64,000 bases of DNA, taken from NCBI GenBank assembly GCA_000634515.1, contig JFNU01000169.1, positions 12,395 through 76,394 of the forward strand. Reading direction: 5' to 3'. The DNA comes from Prochlorococcus sp. scB245a_520K10 (GTDB taxonomy: Bacteria > Cyanobacteriota > Cyanobacteriia > PCC-6307 > Cyanobiaceae). The position numbers were made by a program, and so were the translations under genes. Positions 1 through 8,470 of the stretch are shown here, piece by piece. The notes under the pieces were generated by a model that saw only the letters and a program-made list of their open reading frames with translations, was not told the origin of the DNA and made no database searches. Within the stretch, counting starts at the first letter, position 1. Each line of letters begins with the position of its first letter.

Positions 1-279
1 AAAAGTAGCATTTAAAATTTCCATACTTCTTGTCAGATCATATGAAGGAATTGAACAGCTTGATATCCCTTCGCTTCCTTCAATCATTTTCCAAACTAAT
101 TTTTCAACAGGTAAAACCAAACCGTAATCAGAAGGATTATCTGCAAATTTATAAGCTTCAACTTTTATTGCTTCGGCTAATTGTTTTCTTTCCTTACTAT
201 TTAAATTTTTTTGAGAGGCTTCAGCTGAAAACCCTAATAATGAAAAACTTAAACTGAATAAAAAAATTATCTTTTTCAT
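1..279 (-). CDS. Secreted hypothetical protein, 3' end cut by window edge
   Basis: Manual translation: ATG at 279, MKKIIFLFSLSFSLLGFSAEA signal peptide, frame open to base 1; not in ORF track. Confidence 0.7.
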   Translation of the reverse strand, partial: MKKIIFLFSLSFSLLGFSAEASQKNLNSKERKQLAEAIKVEAYKFADNPSDYGLVLPVEKLVWKMIEGSEGISSCSIPSYDLTRSMEILNATF

Positions 280-310
280 GTTAATGTGAATAAATTTTAA
301 AAATTTTATC

Positions 311-712
311 ATGAAGAATTTAAAATTTGTGCTGATGTTAACTTCTTCTATTTTGTTTTCTCAAGTAAGTGATGTTAAATCTGCAGAGGAATATAATAAT
401 CTTACTTGTGTTGTTGGATTAAGAACAGAACAACTATGCAATATTGCTATTCATAAAAGATCAATGGTAATCAAATTTCCAACAGGAAGAACAGAAATCA
501 TAAAATTACATAAAATCGGTAAATGGGGTTATACCAATGAAAGCAAGTTGAAAGGTTTTATTTTTACTTGGGTAAAACATAGGCATGTTTTTGGAATTTC
601 ATACAAGAATATAGATGGAGATCTAGAACAAATGGCTATAGCCTTTAACGACAGTCAATATGTTCAGCCTTTTAAATTCTTCCTTGAAGATGTTGGCCCA
701 ATGTTCGAATAA
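311..712 (+). CDS. Secreted hypothetical protein
   Basis: 133-aa ORF with N-terminal signal-like segment. Confidence 0.7.
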   Translation: MKNLKFVLMLTSSILFSQVSDVKSAEEYNNLTCVVGLRTEQLCNIAIHKRSMVIKFPTGRTEIIKLHKIGKWGYTNESKLKGFIFTWVKHRHVFGISYKNIDGDLEQMAIAFNDSQYVQPFKFFLEDVGPMFE

Positions 713-715
713 TTT

Positions 716-1489
716 CTAATTAATACGTTCGGCTAAATATTCAATCCCTTGATAAATTGCATCTGTCATAGCTGTTCTTGTTCCTGCATCCATCCCAGAG
801 GCTGCTCCAAAAGCACTCATATCATAGCTGTAACCTTTAGTTTCTTTAGTAGTGTTGACATCTCCTGAGAATGACCTTGTTGCAACTATATCTTCTTCGG
901 GAACACTTATGATATCAAACTTAATTGTGACGTTAGAACTTTTTGTAACTGTATTTTTTGCCTTCTTTTGACCTAAAAAACCTCCTACAACTGGAACTAA
1001 AATTGCAGCGTTAACCCCTCCCATTTCACTTTGATTTTGTGTATTAGATTCCTTATTTAATACAATAGGTCTTACTATATATTTTGCTCCAAGTTTCTTT
1101 GAAGCAACAATTAACTCTGGTATATACATATCATTTGTGTAGTCCATTCTTAAATTACTCCCCATTGATGAACCTGCAAAGAAAGGATTAGCCTGTGCAT
1201 TTGAAGAACGTTCCACAACTTTTTGAAGTTGACTATTAACTTTAAACCATGAAATTGTTTTAGCACCGCCATCTCTAATAAGTTGATTTAAGGTCTCTGT
1301 ACAAAACTCATTTTTAGTAGGTCCTGCTCCCATCATCGTTCCAGTTTTGTCCATACATGGCATTAATACAACAGAAGATTTTGTAGAAAAAGTGACATTA
1401 TTGATTCTATCTTCAGCTAATAAATATGAAGGGAAATTACCTATAAGTAATAAAGAGGCTAATATCTTAGAGAATTTTTTGATAAACAT
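716..1489 (-). CDS. Secreted protein, possibly CsgG/LpoB-like fold
   Basis: Signal peptide; 'ASKKLGAKYIV' and 'IKFDIISVPEEDIVATRSFSG' resemble CsgG/TolB-N-like proteins; glycine-rich insert. Confidence 0.55.
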   Translation of the reverse strand: MFIKKFSKILASLLLIGNFPSYLLAEDRINNVTFSTKSSVVLMPCMDKTGTMMGAGPTKNEFCTETLNQLIRDGGAKTISWFKVNSQLQKVVERSSNAQANPFFAGSSMGSNLRMDYTNDMYIPELIVASKKLGAKYIVRPIVLNKESNTQNQSEMGGVNAAILVPVVGGFLGQKKAKNTVTKSSNVTIKFDIISVPEEDIVATRSFSGDVNTTKETKGYSYDMSAFGAASGMDAGTRTAMTDAIYQGIEYLAERIN

Positions 1490-1499
1490 CACTTTTTTA

Positions 1500-1967
1500 A
1501 TGAAAATTGCGTTAATAATAGCACCGATACTACTACTTTTTGGTGTTGTTACACCATCTGAAGCAAGACTATCAACAATTTATGAATCGAAAGAAAAAGA
1601 AAAAGATAAATACAAAGCACTTTGTTCAAATGGTGGAATATTTGATGGCTGTTCAGTCTTTGTAGAAAATAATAAGCTGAACAGTATTTCTATTTATGGT
1701 TTAAGTGAATTAAATTTATGTCATGAAGAGGCAAAAATTGGCTTCAGATCAAACCCTTCATCTCCATACAAGAAAGTTAGTGTTATAAATTCAAAATTAG
1801 AGGAAGTTACTAAAAAGGAAAGAGGGATAGATCATGATTTTCTATTCGCAGTTCCTAGAGAAAATAGTATTAGAAAGGATAGATTAATTGTCAGATTTAA
1901 AAATCATAAAGTTGCTGTAAATTTTGCAAGTTTAATAGATCAGTTTTCGTCAATATGTAAAAATTAA
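1500..1967 (+). CDS. Secreted hypothetical protein
   Basis: Start reassigned to ATG 1500 (MKIALIIAPILLLFGVVTPSEA signal peptide), which removes the overlap with the upstream minus-strand gene. Confidence 0.7.
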   Translation: MKIALIIAPILLLFGVVTPSEARLSTIYESKEKEKDKYKALCSNGGIFDGCSVFVENNKLNSISIYGLSELNLCHEEAKIGFRSNPSSPYKKVSVINSKLEEVTKKERGIDHDFLFAVPRENSIRKDRLIVRFKNHKVAVNFASLIDQFSSICKN

Positions 1968-2011
1968 ATAACAAATAAATACTTAAAATTAATTTCCAGT
2001 TGAAAGCATTA

Positions 2012-2039
2012 GGCCACAGGTTCTAATCCTATCGCCCTG
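2012..2039 (+). pseudogene. Degenerate tRNA 3'-end fragment (Pro-like), probable old att scar
   Basis: GGCCACAGGTTCTAATCCTATCGCCCTG resembles a T-arm plus acceptor strand (GGTCGCAGGTTCRAATCCTGTCGCCCCG, recalled from memory); no 5' half. Confidence 0.5.
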
Positions 2040-2222
2040 TAAGTACTAAAAATCTTACTTAGAAACACAAAAATTGAGTCTAAAAAATCACTAAATAATT
2101 AAATGGTTAATTATGGAAATCATAAAAACCATAAGCAATTCTTTAAAAAATTATATTTGTTAGTTACTATTTTTTTTTAAGTCTGGTTATTAATATCAAC
2201 AAAAAAAGGGGGGCGGTTTTTA

Positions 2223-2945
2223 CTAGATATATGTTTTCGAAGAATTTTCGAGTAATCGATTTAATTCGATAAGTTCTTCTTTGGTAATTTCGCGATATTT
2301 TCCTGTTGGTACGTCTAACTTAATATTCATAATTCTTACACGCTTTAATGACCTTACCCTATAGCCTAAGGACTCACACATTCTCCTAATCTGACGGTTA
2401 AGTCCCTGAGTGAGTATGATTTTGAATTTTTTTTGACCTAATTGTTTTACAAAACAATTTTTAGTTATGGTGTCTAAAATTTCAACCCCATTACTCATGC
2501 TTTGAATAAAGTCTTTATTAATCTGACTATTAACGCTTACGATGTATTCTTTTTCATGATTATTTTTTGCTCTAAGTATTTTGTTTACTATGTCTCCATC
2601 ATTAGTTAAAAAAATTAATCCTTCACTTTGCTTATCTAATCTTCCAATGGGAAAAATTCTTTTAGGGTATTTAATGAAATCTATGATATTGTCGGATTCT
2701 ACTCTTCTATCAGTTGTGCAAACAATCCCAATTGGTTTATTAAAGGCTAAGTAAATGTTTTTTTGTTTTGTTGGATTAATTATTTTTTGACCTTCAACTT
2801 CTACTTGATCACCCTCTTCCACCTTGGAACCAATTTCTGTAATTTCACCATTTATTGTTACTTTTCCCTCTTCAATTAATCTATCTGCTGCTCTTCTAGA
2901 ACAAAAACCGACTTCGCTTAAATATTTGTTTATTCTGGTAGCCAT
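2223..2945 (-). CDS. rluF: RsuA/RluF-family rRNA pseudouridine synthase
   Basis: N-terminal S4 domain (RINKYLSEVGFCSRRAAD), GRLD catalytic motif, QGLNRQIRRM. Confidence 0.85.
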   Translation of the reverse strand: MATRINKYLSEVGFCSRRAADRLIEEGKVTINGEITEIGSKVEEGDQVEVEGQKIINPTKQKNIYLAFNKPIGIVCTTDRRVESDNIIDFIKYPKRIFPIGRLDKQSEGLIFLTNDGDIVNKILRAKNNHEKEYIVSVNSQINKDFIQSMSNGVEILDTITKNCFVKQLGQKKFKIILTQGLNRQIRRMCESLGYRVRSLKRVRIMNIKLDVPTGKYREITKEELIELNRLLENSSKTYI

Positions 2946-2993
2946 TTTAGATATTTTCTTTTTTATTTACTAATACTTAAATAATGTCTTCCT

Positions 2994-3012
2994 ATTTTAG
3001 ATAGATTGTCAA
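2994..3012 (-). repeat. 19-bp junction motif copy A (TTGACAATCTATCTAAAAT)
   Basis: Matches copies at 3635, 5173, 5927, 50950; abuts the stop codon of ORF 3013-3225. Confidence 0.7.
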
Positions 3013-3225
3013 TTAATAAGAAGACCCTCCTAATTTCTCAAGTAATTTATATTTATCTCTTCTCTCATACCACTCATTTAAATCTTCATTACTGACAGTT
3101 CTAAACAAAAATAAAGATATCTTTTCCAAATAATCAGCGACATAAATTCTAGAAATGGGTTTTAGATAAATAAAAACTACAGTAATTAAAACTAACAAAA
3201 GTTCACCAAAAAGTAACCTTTTCAT
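3013..3225 (-). CDS. Small membrane protein
   Basis: 70-aa ORF, N-terminal TM helix, directly abutting upstream gene. Confidence 0.6.
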   Translation of the reverse strand: MKRLLFGELLLVLITVVFIYLKPISRIYVADYLEKISLFLFRTVSNEDLNEWYERRDKYKLLEKLGGSSY

Positions 3226-3609
3226 TTATTCCCAAGTTTTTATGTCAGTAGTACCTTGTGATCTTTGCATCCAAGAATATTTCCAAGTGCCATTTTCATT
3301 TTTAAAAATGCAAGTATAAGTTGAAAGATCTTTATTTTGATTTCCTTTATAACTGAAGATTTCATTTAAGGTAAATACTGCATAAGCTATGTCACCAAAA
3401 ATTTCAATTTTATGGGTTTTTACTAGTTCTGATGACTCTGCAACTAAGTCTTTACTATTAAACATTCCCACTAACCCTTTTGCAGAAATTGGATTTCCAC
3501 TTGGTCTGACTGCTAAAAAATCTTCAGTTGCATTTGGTATGAGGAAAGAGGAATCCTCGCTATTTGCGTAACCGTCTATTAAATCTTTAATTGATTTAGT
3601 ATTTGTCAT
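3226..3609 (-). CDS. DUF3804 / SnoaL-NTF2-like protein
   Basis: FLAVRPSGNPISAKG and WMQRSQG motifs. Confidence 0.75.
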   Translation of the reverse strand: MTNTKSIKDLIDGYANSEDSSFLIPNATEDFLAVRPSGNPISAKGLVGMFNSKDLVAESSELVKTHKIEIFGDIAYAVFTLNEIFSYKGNQNKDLSTYTCIFKNENGTWKYSWMQRSQGTTDIKTWE

Positions 3610-3634
3610 TAAATAAGAGGCTAATTACTTTTTT

Positions 3635-3653
3635 ATTTTAGATCGACTGTCAA
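3635..3653 (-). repeat. 19-bp junction motif copy B (TTGACAGTCGATCTAAAAT)
   Basis: Direct reading. Confidence 0.75.
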
Positions 3654-3674
3654 TTAAGGACTGAAATTTATGGT

Positions 3675-3929
3675 CTAGGTCTCTTTTTCCCAAACTTCTT
3701 CAGTTTTGCTCCAACCCTGAGAAAGTAATCTTTCATAAATTTCTCTAGCTAAATCTATATCTATAGAAACAGTTGTAGTCATTACAGGAGGTTCTTTTCC
3801 AAATACGCCAATTATTTTTCCAGTATCTACAAACATATACTCGAAAACCCCCTCCACACTCTTATCATTTTTTATAAATCTTTTCACTTCTGTTTTTTTA
3901 GAATTAATTAACCAATGAGATTTAGCCAT
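3675..3929 (-). CDS. DUF1651-family protein
   Basis: WLIN...VKRF start and AREIYERLLSQGW..EEVW end. Confidence 0.7.
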   Translation of the reverse strand: MAKSHWLINSKKTEVKRFIKNDKSVEGVFEYMFVDTGKIIGVFGKEPPVMTTTVSIDIDLAREIYERLLSQGWSKTEEVWEKET

Positions 3930-3944
3930 AATTTTATATTTGCT

Positions 3945-4103
3945 CTAACTCTTTGATTTTCTGGTTCCTCCATAAGAATATTGTCTTTCTCTTGAAACAA
4001 GATCCCAACAATGTTTACAGCAAAAAATCCAATTTTTGTAATTTATAGATTTCACCCTGTAATGGATTACATCTATTTTATTGCATAAATCACACTCTTT
4101 CAT
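3945..4103 (-). CDS. Small Cys-rich (Zn-finger-like) protein, 52 aa
   Basis: Manual translation MKECDLCNK...WIFCCKHCWD...YGGTRKSKS. Confidence 0.7.
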   Translation of the reverse strand: MKECDLCNKIDVIHYRVKSINYKNWIFCCKHCWDLVSRERQYSYGGTRKSKS

Positions 4104-4496
4104 TTATTTAGAAAGTATTTGGTTAAGGTATTTGTAATGTAAAACACTATTCATGCGTTGGTTCATAGGAAGATAAGTTAACAACATTAGAATTTCTTTC
4201 TCATCATTTTTAGAAATAACATACCGAGGATTTTGTCTTTTAATCCATAATTTACATTCTCCAAATGTTGGATAATTTGGATCTGCATCGATAATCTAAT
4301 CAGCTAATTAATTAAAAATTTCTTTAGTCAAATCAAAAAAATAATTAATATTCTCCCAATACTAAAAATAAAGTTCTCCCCCTGTGAGTTAATAGGCATT
4401 GCATTTACTCCTTTAGTAATGCCAAAGTAGCCAAAATAATCCACAGCCATAAATAATTCCTACTATTAAAATTACTGTCATTAGTTTGGTTTTAAT

Positions 4497-5135
4497 TTAA
4501 AACAAACTAATTTGATCAGTTTCTTTTTTCTTTACATCTTCTACCAGCCAGCCATGGGGTGACCAACCCATCAAAATTGGAAGTAACCCTTTTAATTCAT
4601 CATAATCTTTAACTTGTTCTGTCCATTGTTCCTCATAGCCATCGGGGACTACAACAGGCATACGATTATGTAGAGGTTTAACTAAAGCATTTGGTTCAGT
4701 TGTTAAAACACAGCAACTTTCCAGTTCAGCGCCATCAGGTGAGATCCACTTACTCCAGATTCCTCCTAACCAAAAAGTCTCATAATTCTCCTTTCGAATA
4801 CGATATTTTTTTTCAAAAAAACCACTTGCTGGAATTAAGCATCTTTTGTGTTTCCAACTTCCACTAAATAATTTTTTTTCTTCTACGGTTTCTGATCTTG
4901 CATTAAATGGTCTTGGTCTCTCTTTATCAAATGGATCCTTAGCCCAAGGAGAAATAAAGCCCCATCCCATAAAAGTAGTTTTAATTCTTCCTTCGTTTTT
5001 AATTACAAGAACAGGATCAGTTGGTCTAATTAAATTTTGAGTCTCGTATTTAGCATCAAGTCCACTTGGATAGTCTTGTTTCAAAACCTCTGGCAACTTT
5101 GCAAACTTAGTTTTCAGCTCAAATCTTCCACACAT
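4497..5135 (-). CDS. SOS response-associated peptidase (SRAP/YedK/HMCES) abasic-site protection protein
   Basis: MCGRF N-terminus, FNARSET, RCLIPASGFFE, HNRMPV. Confidence 0.9.
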   Translation of the reverse strand: MCGRFELKTKFAKLPEVLKQDYPSGLDAKYETQNLIRPTDPVLVIKNEGRIKTTFMGWGFISPWAKDPFDKERPRPFNARSETVEEKKLFSGSWKHKRCLIPASGFFEKKYRIRKENYETFWLGGIWSKWISPDGAELESCCVLTTEPNALVKPLHNRMPVVVPDGYEEQWTEQVKDYDELKGLLPILMGWSPHGWLVEDVKKKETDQISLF

Positions 5136-5172
5136 TTTTTAAAAGTCATTCAAAAAACTACCTAATCTTATT

Positions 5173-5191
5173 ATTTTAAGTTGACTGTCAA
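5173..5191 (-). repeat. 19-bp junction motif copy C (TTGACAGTCAACTTAAAAT)
   Basis: Direct reading; contains the odd palindrome TTGAC-A-GTCAA. Confidence 0.75.
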
Positions 5192-5313
5192 TAATAATAA
5201 AAAACAAATCCTCTTTTTTTGATCATAGAAATTTATTCATTTAATAATTAAGAGAAAATATAGATATTGAAAAGCTTCCTCAAACGTAATTTTAATGTTC
5301 CACAATATAATTT

Positions 5314-5448
5314 ATGACAGATCCGATTCTTTATTTATCTATGTTTTTGGGATTGGGAGGAGTATACGTATTAATCTCTTCTTTCGATGATGATGATGAT
5401 GATGATGATGGAGAAAGATTCTTAATAAGCTCAGGAATGCTAACTTAG
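5314..5448 (+). CDS. 44-aa single-TM peptide with Asp8 tract
   Basis: MTDPILYLSMFLGLGGVYVLISSFDDDDDDDDGERFLISSGMLT; (GAT)8 at 5386-5409. Confidence 0.6.
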   Translation: MTDPILYLSMFLGLGGVYVLISSFDDDDDDDDGERFLISSGMLT

Positions 5449-5506
5449 CAAAGTAATTAATTAATTCGAAAAGCCTCAAGAGTTATTAGAGAATCTATTC
5501 AACAGT

Positions 5507-5902
5507 TCAATTTTTATTGTTAAGTAATCCATAAATACATAAAAGTGGATTAACTATCAAAACAATCCAAAATGGAGGAGGAGGACCTCCATCAACAATA
5601 GACCCAGCATTAAAAGTATTAAATAGAGCTACTGCTAAAAAGCAAAACATTAGAACTAACTCACCTGATAAAACTTTTCTTAAAGAAACTTTATCTTTTA
5701 TAGAACTACAAATAATTAATAAAAAACCAATTCCCAAATTACTTGCTGCAACAACATCAGCAGTGCCTCTTACAAGAAGCAATGTTTCACGTGAAGCATT
5801 GCCTGCAATAGTTTCTACAGAAAAAATTAGTAGAAAAATAATTAATGCTCCCAACAGTATATGAAGTGACCCAGTAGTTTTTAAAATATTTTTTAACTTC
5901 AT
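5507..5902 (-). CDS. Four-TM membrane protein
   Basis: Hydrophobic ORF with GGPPPPFW motif; ATG at 5902 behind a GAGG RBS preferred over 5917. Confidence 0.7.
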   Translation of the reverse strand: MKLKNILKTTGSLHILLGALIIFLLIFSVETIAGNASRETLLLVRGTADVVAASNLGIGFLLIICSSIKDKVSLRKVLSGELVLMFCFLAVALFNTFNAGSIVDGGPPPPFWIVLIVNPLLCIYGLLNNKN

Positions 5903-5926
5903 ACAAAAAGTAATCAATTACCTCTT

Positions 5927-5945
5927 ATTTTAATTCGACTGTCAA
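5927..5945 (-). repeat. 19-bp junction motif copy D (TTGACAGTCGAATTAAAAT)
   Basis: Direct reading. Confidence 0.75.
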
Positions 5946-6193
5946 TGTTAATTTTGTTAAGCGTTATTTTAAAAATTAATTCTTAAATTTAGTAGATAAT
6001 CTTATATGGATATTGCTTATGTATAAGTTATTCAAATCGTCTTTGGTAATAGATATTACCAAATGAGTTTGTGTGTTTTTAAATGAATATTTTTATAGTT
6101 GGGAACCCTCTAAAAAGTACTTTTTCTTGAAATAAAGATTGACAAGACAACTATAAAAAAAACTTCTATAAAACATTAACTTCATTTATACAT

Positions 6194-6502
6194 ATGTTCC
6201 TAACAAACAAAACTCGTTTAAAAATTAAGGATATTGTTAAGAGAATATCAGTAGGCGAGGAGGTTTCTCTGGAAGAAAGAATTTATGTAGAAAAGTTTGC
6301 AAAACATAATTCAACTATATGGACATGGCTTAAGAAAGCTAACAGCTTAAGGAGATACGGTAAACAAAATTCAGACGGAATAAATGGACTGATCCAATCA
6401 CTTGGTCTTGATGGTTTAGAAACTGAAAATCACTTTGATCCAAAGAATGATGATATTGCTGATTGGTTTAGTGGATCTCCAGATTGGGTTAGAAGGAGCT
6501 AA
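6194..6502 (+). CDS. Conserved picocyanobacterial hypothetical protein
   Basis: 102-aa ORF; VSLEERIYVEKFA and IADWFSGSPDWVRRS. Confidence 0.75.
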   Translation: MFLTNKTRLKIKDIVKRISVGEEVSLEERIYVEKFAKHNSTIWTWLKKANSLRRYGKQNSDGINGLIQSLGLDGLETENHFDPKNDDIADWFSGSPDWVRRS

Positions 6503-6863
6503 TTTTGCCTCATAATGAAGATGTACTACTATTAATAAAAGTTTTTTCGACTTAGATATCAGTACAAAATTTAATACTTGAAGTGTTTTTTGGAAAAAAG
6601 TTTTTACCGTAGGCAAGGATATAGCCTTACTTTGAAGGTTGTTAATGTGAAACTTTAATGATTAATTTTGATCTAGCTGTAAAGTAGAAAAAATATTGAA
6701 GGTGGAAAAATTTACTTTAATTTACCTCTCGCATTTTATCCATTTTAAAATTCAATCGTTGATCCTATATCCGTATATTTTTGTACCTCAAACCGTACAT
6801 TCTTCTTAGTCGAATGATGAGTGCGGCTAGTTAGAACTTTAGATGTAGAAACAAGATGTTTAA

Positions 6864-7049
6864 ATGCCTTCAACACCGATCAAATCTTGTAATAAATATG
6901 TGTTGAGTTACAAAGATTCATTGAATAACACACATGAAGTTGGCTTCTATGCACGCGATGCATACGATTGCCTAATGCTTGCAAGAGAATTCAACTCTTA
7001 CGTACATGATCATCCAGGTTCTGTAATCAGGATCCAACAAAAATTTTGA
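6864..7049 (+). CDS. Small hypothetical protein
   Basis: 61-aa ORF, YARDAYDC...YVHDHPGSV. Confidence 0.65.
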   Translation: MPSTPIKSCNKYVLSYKDSLNNTHEVGFYARDAYDCLMLAREFNSYVHDHPGSVIRIQQKF

Positions 7050-7060
7050 GGTTATTAATT

Positions 7061-7225
7061 ATGAACTTAAAAAAATCACCATTCTCGATTCAAGATAAAA
7101 CTGAAAGAGATCTTGATAATGCAACAGATTTCCCAACTCTTGCCGATTTGATGAGAGAACAAAATACTTCTACTGATGAAGCAAATACAGTTCACCATAG
7201 AAGAGATCTAGACTCTCTCGGTTAG
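7061..7225 (+). CDS. Small hypothetical protein, 54 aa
   Basis: Manual translation MNLKKSPFSIQ...RRDLDSLG; GAGG RBS upstream. Confidence 0.55.
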   Translation: MNLKKSPFSIQDKTERDLDNATDFPTLADLMREQNTSTDEANTVHHRRDLDSLG

Positions 7226-7296
7226 TTTACGAAGATAGCTATTTACTAATCTAATTCTTAAAATTAAGGATCATTATGAATTTGAATTCGTTTCAT

Positions 7297-7464
7297 TCAT
7301 AAAATAATATTTTCCTCCTCAAGCTTTCTTCTAAGCTCAATAGGCATATATGCAATATCTTTCTTTATTGCGTTTATGGCATCTATGTACTTTTCAGGTT
7401 CCTCTAAAAGTTTTTTTATTAAATTGTATTGACTTTCAATTTCTTGAGAAGAAAATTTTTCCAT
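7297..7464 (-). CDS. Small helical hypothetical protein, 55 aa
   Basis: Manual translation MEKFSSQEIESQY...MPIELRRKLEEENIIL; weak copy of the 19-bp motif at 7487-7505. Confidence 0.6.
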   Translation of the reverse strand: MEKFSSQEIESQYNLIKKLLEEPEKYIDAINAIKKDIAYMPIELRRKLEEENIIL

Positions 7465-7524
7465 AAAAAATAAATACTATCCTTATATTTTATATCAACT
7501 TTAAATCACTTAAAAGATTTACAA

Positions 7525-7836
7525 TTAAATAGAGGCTGCTGCAATTTCTTTATGGACGGAGAGAAATTCTTTGTCTGTTAAAACTGGAGTAACTTCAATT
7601 TCTACGCCAAAATTATCGACCCATATACTACTCCATTTCCAAATGTTCTGATGGTTTGAAGATTCAACTATTGCCCAACCATTAGCTCCCTCAGGATTTA
7701 ATACTCGATTGAGAACTTTAAACCCATCAAATTCATCACCTTCGCATCCTCCTTCCACAAAACCCGCAAAAGCTTCGGCCCCTTGCATGTGACTTTCTTG
7801 ATCTGGAAATTGCCAGTGTACGATGTAAGTTTGCAT
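7525..7836 (-). CDS. DUF3303-family protein
   Basis: YIVHWQF...GWAIVE...IEVTPVLTD pattern. Confidence 0.75.
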   Translation of the reverse strand: MQTYIVHWQFPDQESHMQGAEAFAGFVEGGCEGDEFDGFKVLNRVLNPEGANGWAIVESSNHQNIWKWSSIWVDNFGVEIEVTPVLTDKEFLSVHKEIAAASI

Positions 7837-7938
7837 GAATAAAATTATTTATTTAATTATTAATTATCGAATTTAAAAATTAAATAAAAAGTCTTTAAAC
7901 ACTAATTAAAAACGCATAAGCCCAAAAGGCAAAATGGC

Positions 7939-7981
7939 AAAAAAAAAGACTCTTACGAGCCTAGGTGATGGGGACTTCTAT
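7939..7981 (-). ncRNA. Candidate short sRNA with UCCCCAUCACC seed and intrinsic terminator
   Basis: Minus strand AGAAGTCCCCATCACCT AGGCTC GTAA GAGTCT T-run; TAATTT -10-like hexamer upstream. Confidence 0.5.
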
Positions 7982-8065
7982 AATGACAAATTAAACGAAA
8001 ACAAACAACCCCATCAATAGGTAATTTTTATTACTTACAAACACCATATGTAGTGCTAGGATTTT

Positions 8066-8127
8066 AAAAAGCTGGGTGATGGGGATTATCCCGCTTTTTG
8101 ATTGGGGCGAAGCTAACGCCCCTTTTT
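8066..8127. ncRNA. Candidate two-hairpin sRNA with the same CCCCATCACC motif in a loop
   Basis: Hairpins AAAAAGC..GGG/CCC..GCTTTTT and GGGGCG-N7-CGCCCC; GC-rich patch in an AT-rich spacer. Confidence 0.5.
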
Positions 8128-8470
8128 ATTATTTAAAATTATTATTTAAAAATTCACCTTAATAAATAACGATAAATCCATGAGAAACATATTTGAAGTT
8201 TTTGGAGATACTTCAAGCGCTCTTTCATAATTAAAATGATTTTGATTTCTTATTGTTGTTTTAATAAAAGTTAAGTAATCCAATAATGAATAGATGAAGG
8301 GATGCATCTATTAAGAAATCAAGAAAAGAATATAAAAACTAATTGATTAAGGATGGGGAAAACTTATAAATTCAACATTTTTTTATAAGAGGGTAGGTAG
8401 GTACTTTACCTAAAATTTGACACTTTTAAAAAATAATTGCTAGATAAAGCCCTAAAGCGGAGGCTTAATT

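Noticed and set aside
30-257. Plus-strand 75-aa ORF
   Set aside because: Shadow of the minus-strand signal-peptide gene at 1-279.
4465-4483. Possible additional copy of the 19-bp motif (ATGACAGTAATTTTAATAG); similar weak matches near 6139 and 13743
   Set aside because: Too many mismatches or altered spacing to count without a PWM score.
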